Shown: positions 44,725 to 56,700 of the stretch, one piece after another | Layout: each line of letters begins with the position of its first letter | How positions within the stretch are numbered: the stretch's first letter is position 1 | DNA from: a virus | IMG/VR virus record: IMGVR_UViG_3300032236_000548 | Location: 1-64,000 of that record | Strand: one strand, 5' to 3' | DNA: 64,000 nt | Notes under the pieces: generated by a model | The model's input: only the letters and a program-made list of their open reading frames with translations | Told to the model about the DNA's origin: nothing | The model's database searches: none | Position numbers and translations under genes: made by a program

Positions 44725-47700
44725 ATGACACAACAAATAATTGATATTGGTATACAAGGTAATGACGGAACTGGTGATAGTATCCGTACATCGTTTAACA
44801 AAGTTAACCAAAACTTTACCGAAATTTATGCAATTTTTGGTGCTGGCGGCAGTATTAAATTTGGAAACTTAGCAGATGCTCCAGGTAGTAGTACTTTTAC
44901 TATCGTTAGTGCTAGCGGCAATGGTACCCAAGCTACATTAAACTTTGCCAATCCTAACCCAGGTTTAGGACTTCCGTTTAGTATTGGTCAAAATATTGTT
45001 ATCACTGGCACACTTCCTAGCGGATATAATGGTGCTTATACTGTCACTAACGCAACGCCAACTAGTGTTACTTTTGCAAATACTACAACAGCCGCTATTA
45101 CCCAAACAGGTAAAATTGCAGGAACTGCATATAGCTCTAACCAAGTTATTATGGCTAGCACTACTGGCAATAGCTTAACTGCTAGAGATATTGTAGGTAT
45201 TAATGGTATTACCATTGATGCTTCAGATAACAATCAATTGATTATTGGTTCCAATTCTGGAGGATTGATCACTGATCCACAGCCAACACTTGGTACACAC
45301 ATGAATGCCGATCAGTTTATTATCGGTAATTTAGCAGATCCTGATCCAAGTCTTGTAACACAATTTAATGCTGTATTTGCTAGTAAAGGATATACAACAA
45401 CTATTGGCCAAATGGCTGTTACTGTTAACTACGCTAACAATCATTACTTGCAAGTTACTAACGGACAGGTAGTAGGTCCATTGCGTGTTCGCGCACAACC
45501 AACCGTTGCACAAACAAATGATCCTGATTATGATCCAACATTAAGTGGAAACTATGTATCAACAGAAGCCATTCAACGTAAAGATGCTATTTTACGTAGC
45601 GGCGACAAGATGGCTGGAACTTTAACCCTAAGTGATCACCCAGGTAGTATGGCCGGTGCAGGAACACCAAATGGTGCAGATGATTTGCAAGCGGCTACAA
45701 AGTTCTATGTTGACAACAACACTCATTATAGTAATGTAAACTTGTATGTTAGTACAGGCGGCGATGATACACAAAGAAAAACTCCATTAGGACGCGAAGG
45801 TCGTGCTCCTCAGTACGCTTATAAAACTGTCGGTGCGGCTGCTCTACAAGCACAAAACTTAATTAACTTGTCGTTCACAGAGCCTGGCCCTTACAGACAA
45901 ACTGTTGCTTACACTATTGGACCATCTCAGTACACAAGTAGTGTTACTAGTGTAAGTTTCAGTGGAGGAAATAGTGGTATACAGGGTTATTTAGATGCGG
46001 CTAGTTTGTTAGAATCAAACAAAACATTTATTCAAAACGAAACATTAGCTTATCTAAACCAAAAATATGTAAACACATTTACATTTGATAAAACTCGTTA
46101 TAGCAATATCATATCTGACATTGTCGACGGCGTAGCATATGACTTAGTTTTAGGTACAAACTTTAACTCTACTACACAAGCAAGCATCTTATTCAATGCA
46201 TATAATAGTGATGTTGTTGGAAACTTATCAACCATCATTGCGGCTATTCAAAATGCTGAGAGCCAAATTTTAAATTATTCATATAATACCGATAACACAC
46301 GAACATATATCGGTAAAGTAATTAACGCTCTATGCTATGACTTAGAGTTTGGATCTAACTTCCAAAGTATTCAAGTAGGTTTAGGATTTAAGTATGCAAA
46401 TACTGGATTGGAAACAACTCCTACCGTTATTAATACTGTTGCTACTGCAACTAGCGGTACTGCGATCGGTACAGACAGTTCTATTTCTGGAACTACGTTA
46501 GTTGTAGGTGGATCAGTTACTGGTACATTTGCCGTAGGAATGACCTTAAGTGGCATTGGCATTACTCCCGGAACAACTATCACAGCACTGGGTACTGGTA
46601 CAGGCGGAGCAGGTTCTTACACAATTAGTACAAGTTACTCTGGTGGTCTTTCGCATGTAAGAGTTACAGGTGTTAATAATCGAATTACAGTTAGTAGCAC
46701 ACAAAGTATGGTTGTTGGTTCTGCTATTGTGTTTACTGGAACTAGTTTTGGTAACTTAATTGCAGGTAATACATATTACATTAACAGTATTCCCGATAGT
46801 GCAAATATTACTATTAGTTCATCGTTTGGTGGATCTGACTACTCTCTAGCAACTGCTACAGGTAGCATGGTGGCTAATACAACGGCTCCTTCAGAAATTG
46901 CAAGTGCGTTGACAAACTTGGCTAATCAAATTACATTGTTGCCTGCCGTTTCATCAACTCCTTCAATTGTTAATTCTATTAATGCAATTCTTAAAAATAT
47001 TAGTGATATTATTGTCACTGGAACATTGCCTGCGCCAACTTATCCGCCAGTTACTACTGGCACTGGTTTTAGTTATAACTCAGCTAAGTGTGCTCGCGAC
47101 GTTGGACTTATTGTTAATGCAGTATTAGACGATATTATTTTTAATACAAACTATCGCTCGTTGACTGCGGCGTTTGCATATTTACGAAGCTATAGTAATG
47201 TAGTAACAACTAGTCAAAAAGCACAAACAATTGCCGGTATTAATAATGCTAGAGATCAAATCATTGCATTAGTAAGTTCTAATAACGCGGCTGTAACTGC
47301 TATTACTGGCAAGTTTGGCATCATCACAACAATTATTAATAATGTCAGTGCTTCTGGTGCACCGAGTGTATCGTTTACCAATCCAGGAAATACAGCAGTT
47401 GGTATCGTTAACGGTGCCGCTGAATTACAATCAAATCGTCAATTCTTAATCGATGAAACTATTGCATACGTTAAAGCTAATCTTAGCCCAAATAGTATTC
47501 CTTTATACGATGAAACAAGTTGCCGTCGTGACACCGGATACATTGTTGATGCATTAACATTTGACTTATTATACGGTGGCAATAGTGCGACAGTTGTTGC
47601 CGCGGATGCTTACTTTAACGGTGTAACTAGTACCATTAGTCAAGAAACTACTGCGGTTGCAAGTGCGTTCACACACTTACAAGCTATCATTGGTAACATT

Positions 47701-50700
47701 ATTCAAGCAAATACTTCTTGGACCAAGACTACCGGCAACGTTACAAATCAAAGCACAGTAGTAGGAGTTGGTTCTCCAGCTGCCGCATCGACTGTTAGTA
47801 CATTATTAGGTTATGTTATTGCTATCGTTAACGGAGGAACTTCGGCAGGACCTGCTGTTATTGCTCCAACATACGCAAACGGTGTAAATTACAGTTCTTA
47901 TTCTTCTGTACAAACTACTATATTATCTAGTTTAACAAGCATCGAGTCGAACGTTATAACATTCCTAAATGAAACTTATGTTTCATCAACAGGTCAAGTA
48001 AGTGCTGTTAACTTATTGTTAAACAATATTAATTTTATTCAAGCTGAGATTGTTGCGTACCTACTAGCAAACTATCCAACAGTAACTTATAACAAGGCCA
48101 CTTGCCAGCGAGATGTAAAATATATTATCTGGGCATTATGTTATGACATCACTTACGGTGGTAACAGCCAAAGTATATACGCCGGTTTACAATACTGGAT
48201 CAACAATGCATATCAGATTGCTGGATACGAACAAGCGGCTACAGTAAGTGCAATCGGTTATCTTGGAACTATTGCACAGAATATTGTACAAAATCAAACT
48301 CCAGTTAAACTATATCAAACTGGTGTAATTCAATATGCAAATACTACATTAAGTGGCGGTAGTGTAGCTACTTCTAGCATTAATACTAACATTGGTACAA
48401 TTCAAAGTATCGTGGCTAGTAGCTCACAACCTAGTGTGTCGGTCACTTACCCAACCACAAGTGCCGTTGCATCAACATTGACTACCGCTGTTGCGGCAAT
48501 TACTGCCGATACAACAACTTTAGAATCGAATGCTATCACTTATATTGATACAAACTTCCCAGTATTGAATAATAGTATTCAAAAGACTACTATTACAAAT
48601 CTATTCAATACTGTAACTAATATTCTAAATGGTGGCATCGGTAGTAGAACACGACCTACATACGCAACTACAGGATTTAGTTCAAGTATCGTACAAGCAC
48701 AGTCTGCAATTTTAGCTAACATTGATTTTATTACAGCTGAAACAAATGCATGGATTAATTCTCAATACCCAGGTGTAACATATGATCCTGTTGCATCTGC
48801 TAGAGATTTGTCATTTGTTTTAGAAGCGATTGTTTACGACATTACCTACGGTGGTAGTGCGGCTACGACTCAAGCGGCTAACCAATATTATGCAAACGGT
48901 GTTGCACAACTAGTGACTGGATTACCTTCAGTTTGTTCGGCTGCACTTAACCATGCATTAAACGTAACTCAAAACGTTGTATCAAACAGTTTAGTGACTC
49001 CAAGTGCTGGTAATTATATTACTACAACTGGTGCTAGTGGTGACGGTGTCAACGTTACTATCACATTTGCACCACAAGCAACTCCTCCTTATAGCATTGG
49101 CCAAGTAATTGCTATTCAAGGTGTTACTCCAACGGGGTACAATACTAATAATGGTGCAGGTGTAACTGTTACCAACTGTACTACTACCAGTGTAACTTTT
49201 GCAAGTACTGCCAGTGGCGCACAAACTATTGCAGGAAAAATTACAAAACAAGTTTTAAATTCATCATGGACACAAAGCTATGCTCAAAGTGCCGTTGTTA
49301 ATACTTTGTTTGGAATTGTAACTGGTGTAATCGGAAGTAACAGTGTAGCTACTCCTGTATATCCAGTAATCACTAGTTACGATAATGCATTGCAAGCAAC
49401 ATTTGGTATTATTACAAACAATACATACACTATTTCAAATAATGTAGTAACATACTTGACTAATACATTTAGTGGTGGATTTAGTTATAACGAAGCAACT
49501 TGCTACAGAGACCTTGGTTACATTATCGACGGACAAGTGATTGACTTGTTAACAGACGGAACTTATCAAAGTATTACCGCAGGTAAGAGTTATTACAAAA
49601 ACGTAAGTGCAAAGGCAATTGCGATTGGCTCACAGTACTCTGAAACAGTTGATGGTATTCAGTTTGCACAACAACTTGCAATTCAAGTTTTAAATCAAAC
49701 AGTACAAACACGTTATCAAACATTAATATCTCAAGTTACTGATAATACTAAAAATGCTACTGTAGGTACAAACGTTGCTACAGGTACATTTGTAAGCAAC
49801 ACAACAACTACATTGACATTAACTAGTATTACAGGAGTTATTGTTCCAGGTATGGTGATAACTGGTACTGGATTTACAAATAGCACTCCAGTAACTATTA
49901 CAAGTATTTTAAATTCAAGCACTGTATCAATTAGCGCGGCACCTGCTGGAACTCCTAGCGGTACTATTACATTAACTGCTACACCAGTTACAACATTAAA
50001 TGCCAACATGAATACTATTATTAGTATTATCAATGGCGGTGTTGGTGCGGCTCCTACACCAAGTTTTGGTAGCGGATACTATACTGTTACATTCAGTAAC
50101 GGTGGTAATGGTTATGTTGATCAAGGTCAGGCTGGTTCAAATCACATTATTCCAGGAAAGATTTTAGTAGGAGATACATCTAGCTCATACGGTCAAATTG
50201 TTAGTTATGTACCTGGAGTAAGTTCTAACAACGACACAGTTACATTGAACATGACTCGCCCAGGGTTCTTTGCATACATTCCAACAACTGCAACTGCAAC
50301 TGCTGGTAGTACTACACTTACTGTAACTGCAACAAGTTATACAACTGCATTTAATAGCACTTCAAACATTGTTGTTGGGTTAGGTGTAACTGGCGTTAAT
50401 ATTCCGTTAGGTGCAACGGTTACTGCTATTATAGGAAATACTGTAACCATTAGCACTCCTACACTAGGAATTCTAACTAGCAGTAACGTTGTATTCGGTG
50501 AATTACTAGATTTCGGTGAAACTGTTTCAGAACAAAACATTACCATTTATGTTGAAAGCGGTATCTATTATGAAGATTACCCAATTAAGTTATCAGCCAA
50601 CGTAACAATTCGCGGTGACGACTTCCGTAGAACAATTATTCGTCCGTTGAATCGTATTAGTCAATCACCATGGCGCAATGTATTCTTCTACCGCGATACT

Positions 50701-53700
50701 ATTATCGACGGTATGCAACTTGGATTGATTAATTTCTCAGGTACAGACTACGCGGCTGCTACCGGTTCAGGTGCAACTTTAAGTGGAACTACTGGTAACA
50801 TTACCATTACATTGACTACTGGACAAGCAAGCCCAACATGGATTGGTAAAGTTATTGTGGACCAGACTAGCGAAACAGGTATTGCTGGTAAGGCTGTGAT
50901 TAATACCGTTAGCGGTAACGTAATGAACTGTACTGTAGTGTATCCGTTTGCGGCGGTAATAACATACCCAAGCGGTTCATGGCACATGTACGACACTATC
51001 AACTATGGACGTCACTACTTGACTAACCCATCGTTGCCAGAAAGTCCAAGCAATCCGGCATTAAACAACAAGTTAATGGACGTATTCTTAACTAACGATG
51101 CTAACCGTGTTAAGTTAATTACATGTCAAGGCCACGGCGGATTTATGATGGTACTCGACCCAGAAGGTCAGATCAAAACTAAATCTCCATATGCTCAAGA
51201 ATCTGCTAGCTTCTCTGGAAGTATAAACAGAAAACGTTTTGCTGGTGGTCAATTCATTGACGGCTTTGCTGGACGTTTATTTGGTACTATCACTGGTGTA
51301 AGTAATAGCGGGTATACAATTACTGTAACTGGATCTACTAATAGTGGGTTGGATGTACGTGCTCCACAAACTCCTTGTGCATTCTATGTACAAGGTAATC
51401 GTTATCAAATTAACAATGTGTTGAGCTACAATAATACAACTGCTACTGTTGTATTAGGTTTAGATACAAGTACACCATTCTACCCAAGTGCTACCTATAG
51501 CAACTCATTATTGTATTCAAACATTGCAAGTGTTGTCGATGGCATTAGCTATGACATGGCATTTGGTAGTAACTATCAAAGTATTAAGACTGGTATTACA
51601 TTCTTGCAACCTGCAAATTCTGTTGTAGGTCTAAGCGAGTCAATTATTACACAAAGTTTTAGTTATGTTGCCACACAAATTAATGCGTTACCTGGGGTAG
51701 ATAGTCCTGGTAAGACTGCAATTAATAACAACGTAACTATTATTAATAACATTATTAATAACGGTATTTTTGGAAATAGTACTGCCGGTATTCCAACAGT
51801 TGTGTTCCCTAACCCAGCTAACGTAACTGCAAACGTTTCTAATGCAAAATTATTGCTACAAGCTAATAAAGCATTTATACAAGCTGAAGTTGTTGCTCGT
51901 GTTTCTGCCAACTATAACGTAGGCGGCTTTGCTGGTTATAGTGCATTAACATTATCTAATAACATTGGTTTTGCAATTGATGCTATCACTTATGACTTAT
52001 TATACGGCGGAACAAGTAGCGTATATGACGTTGCACAATGGATGTACTTCCCAGCATTAGCTACTTTATATACTGCGGCTATGGGTTACTTGGGTACAGT
52101 TGCTGGACAAATTGTTCAGAAAACTAATGTAACACGAACAAACGGTAATACACTATTCCAAGTAACTACAGGATATACTGCGGCTACAAGTACTCAAGCA
52201 ACTACAATTACTTCGTTATGTGCTGTTCTAGCTGACTATACAACTGATGGCACATTTGGCAGTTCAACAAGAACATTGCCAACTGTTTCAAGTACAACAA
52301 CTACAAGTTCATTAGCTACTGATTTTAATAATATTCAAACAGCAAAATCAACATTACAATCTACTACAATTACCTATGCTAACAACGGTTCTGGTATTGT
52401 TATTAATATTGAAATGGGCGGTAATAAGTCCATGTTGGCCAACGACTTTACACAGATTAACGACTTAGGTTATGGTATTCTATGTACTAACGCTGGTTTA
52501 ACTGAACAAGTTTCAACATTTACCTACTACTGTTATACAGCTTACTGGGCGTTGAATGGTGGACAGATTCGTTCTGTTGCTGGTTCAAACTCAAACGGTG
52601 TGTTTGGTTTACGTGGCACTGGTTCAGACGTAACTGAACTACCTAACGCAGTTAACCTTGCTTACAACATGGTACAAAGTGCTCGTGTTTACAAACAAGG
52701 CGCATACTCTACTGCAATGCAACCGACTTCTACTCAGCAAGCATTAACAGTTTACATCACTAACTGGGAATACTTGCCAGCTGGTACAAGTGAATTAGAA
52801 ATTGACCACACACTTGCTGGTGGTGGAATTGCACGTTATGAAATCAGTACTGTTGCACATACTCCAGTTAACGTTAACGGACAAAACGTTCTTAGCTTGA
52901 CATTGAGTACAAGCGGTAATAACCAAACTAGTGCTAGCGGTTTACAATATGCATTATACGATGGACAAATTGTTACAATTCGTGTTCTAAGTAATATTAA
53001 GTTTTACAACATTAGTAACGTAAAACCAGTTCGTCCAAGTACAGCGTTACAATATAGTAACAACTTGGCCAGCATCTATCGTATTATTGCGTATAACTTA
53101 ACAGAAGCAACTGGTGAGGCACTACCTGCTCACCAATCATTGCTACAGATGGATACTTCGTTTGCTTACTATAAGTTTGTTGTCGATACAACAAATATGT
53201 ACAACGCTGATCCATCAGTATACATAACATTAGGTACTGTTGCATTAAGCCCTGCTAGTACAATTGGTACAACATTATATGTTGTAACAAGTAGTCTTAC
53301 AAATGGTGCACCAGTTGTTGGACAATATGTTGGCGGTTACGGATATCAAAACTGTGTTGTAACAAACGTTACAACTAGTGGTGCTAACACAGTTATTACT
53401 ACAAGCACTCCACCAAGTGTAGCGCCAGTAGGAAATGTTTGGTTCTCCACAACCACAATGGGTGCTCAAGTTGGCGACAACAAGATTGCTGTATTGCAGA
53501 TTAGTGATACCGCAACTATTAGCCAATTAAATTCAGGTACTTACGTATTTGGTTGGGCAGGTCGTACACATCGTGTTATCAGTTATGTTGTTCCACAAAC
53601 TATTGCATCTGGATCATTTGGTACTGGTAGTACCAGCAGTTATACTCTAGTTGTTAACAACGTTGCTGGAACTATTACTCCTGGACAGATTGTTACAGGA

Positions 53701-56700
53701 AATGGTTTTAACGGTACACAAACTGTTAGCAGTGTATCAACTAGTATCATAACCGGTACATCTAATATTCAAGCTACTATTACATTAAGTGCATATCCAT
53801 CAAGTACTCCTAGCGGAACTATTACATTTGGTGGTGCAAACACTAACGGTTACTTACAGATTGATCCAAACCCTGTAATCAATATTAGTGCTGTAGGTAC
53901 CGGTGTAAGTGCCATGACTTATCAGAGCAATACATTAGAGACTGGTAGTACTACAAGTAAAATTGTTACATTTAACTTGCCATACAATTCATTGTATACA
54001 TATCCTCCAGTCGACAGCTTCTTAACTGTTACAGGAAATGCCAATGCAAAGTATAACGGTTCATATCAAGTAACTAGCTTTACAAATGCTAGCCAGTTAA
54101 CTGTTGCATCGACAACTAGCTTGCAAGTTGGTATGGTTGTAAGTACCAGCACAAGCGGTGCGTTTATTGAAAGTTCAGTAACAAATCCAAGTGGTACTAC
54201 AATTATTCAAAGTATTGATAGTCCGACACAGTTTACAGTTGCTCCAGCTATTTGGGCTCCTGTAGGAACTACTATCAACGCTATCTTAGTAGCCACTGTT
54301 GCAAGTATTACAATTTCCAATGCAGGTAGCGGATATACTAGTGCTCCAACAATTATATTCAGCGGTGGTGGTGCGGCTAGCCAAGCACTTGCAACATGTA
54401 GTATTGTTAACGGCAGTATTAGCCAAGTTGTTTTAGTAAGTCCAGGTTATGGTTATACTAGCGTTCCAACAATTACCTTAAGTGGTAATAGTGGTAGTGT
54501 ATTCAACACTACAATTGGAACTAACTTGATAACTTTAAACTCAAGTGCTAACTTACAAGTTAACCAAGTTATTATATTTGGCGGTAGTGTGTTTGGCGGT
54601 ATTGTATCTGGTACACAATATTATATTGCTAGTATCAATGGTAACCAAATTACTATTAGTGCAAGTACTGGCGGTGTTGGTATTATTACATTAACAACTG
54701 CAAGTGGTGCAGGTATGACATGGAGCACTCCAGGTAATGCTGTACTAACTCCAGTATTAACAAGTAGTCCAACTGCTGTTGTAACCACACTAGCAGGTTC
54801 AGATGTTCTACAATTAAGTTTACTATATCCAACTGATCCAGGTACTAGCGGCAATGCTACTGCTACTTCTAACGCAGTTGCTACTTTAAGCACTAGTTCA
54901 ATTAACAGTAGCGGTGTATTAACAGTTGGAACTGTAAGCGGAACTGTTGCGGCTGGTATGGTGTTAACTGGTGGTCCTAACACAGGTTCAGGTATTGCTC
55001 AAATCAATTCATATGCTACTACTGCCACAAGCGGTAACGGTACTACTGTAACTATTTCGTTCTCTGCACAGACATTTGTTCCATATGCAGTTGGCCAGAC
55101 AATCTTTGTTTCAGGCGTAACTCCAGCTGGATACAACGGAACATATATCGTAACTGCGGCAACGACTAGCTCGGTTAGCTATACTAATGCAACTACTGGC
55201 GCACAAACTATTGCTGGTACTGTTGCAAGTAATGTCTACACTTATATTACTGCTAATATTAGCGGTAGTGGTGCAGGTTCTACATGGCAAACTGCTACAA
55301 GTCAAGGTACTAACTTTACTGTTGCATCATCGACTATTACTGGCACTAACAACTTAGTAACACTAAGCTCTAACACTAACGTTAGTGTTGGTAACACGAT
55401 TACATTTGCAGGAACAGCATTTGGTAATCTTAGCGTAGCTACTGTTAGTGCTGGCTCATTTGTAGTTGGTCAAACTTATACTATTACTAGTGTAGGTTCT
55501 AATACAACTACAACAACTACAACAAACTTTACACTAATTGGTGCTCCTAACAATAACGTTGGAACAGTCTTTACTGCGACTGGCGCAGGTAGTGGAAGCG
55601 GCCAGGGATTGATAACATACTATATCACTGAAGTTATTGGTTCAAGTGTTGGTATCAGTGCTGTCAAAGGCGGTACTAACGTAACCTTAACTGGTGCAAC
55701 TGGTGCAAGTTTAACATACTACACTCCAGGATATACATTCGGTACAAGCTATACTGCAACAACATTTGGCAGTGTTTCAGGAACAGGTCCATACTTAGTT
55801 ACTTTAAACATTCCAACAACAACTGCTCCTACTACAAGCGTATATTATTATGTTAGTGGTAACAGCAATGCATTGTATAACGGTTACTGGCAAGCAACAA
55901 GTAGTACTACAACAAGTATTACATTGAGCTATCCATATAACCCAGGTACTTATGGTATTAGTAGTATTACTACAGTTACTAGAGAAGCGACATCTGCTAC
56001 TAGTTCAAGTTTAGGTCTTGCAAGACCATTCAATCCTAACTCAAGTACTACATTACGTCTAGGCTACCCAGCAACAGGTGGCGCACAGATTACTGTTCGT
56101 ATTAGTACTTGCCGTGCTACAGGACATGACTTCTTAGATATTGGTACTGGTGGTTTCATTACTACTAACTATCCAAACCAGATTTATGGTAACGCGGCTC
56201 TTAGTGCTAATGAAAGTAATGACGTTGTTGAAGAAACAACAGGTCGCGTATTCCACGTATCAACAGACCAAAACGGTATCTTCCGTGTAGGACGCTTCTT
56301 CAAAGTTGACCAAGGTACTGGTACAGTTACATTCAGTGCTAGTATTGCGTTGAGTAACTTGGACGGTTTAGGATTTAAGCGTGGTGTTGTTGTAAGTGAA
56401 TTCTCAACAGATCCTTACATGACAGAAAACGCCGCCGACGTTGTACCAGTACAGTCAGCAGTTCGTAGCTTTATGGACTACAGATTAGGTTTAGACTACG
56501 GTGGTAGTCCAGTTCCAACATCTGGTTTAATTGGCCCAGGATTCTTACCACTGAACGGTGTGTTAAGTATGAAGGGTAACTTAAACATGGCAAGTTACAC
56601 AATTGGTAACTTAACAATGCCAGTTAGTAACGTTACACAGTACGATGCGGCTAACAGAGGTTATGTAGATGCTAACGCAACTGCATTGAATAACTTATAC

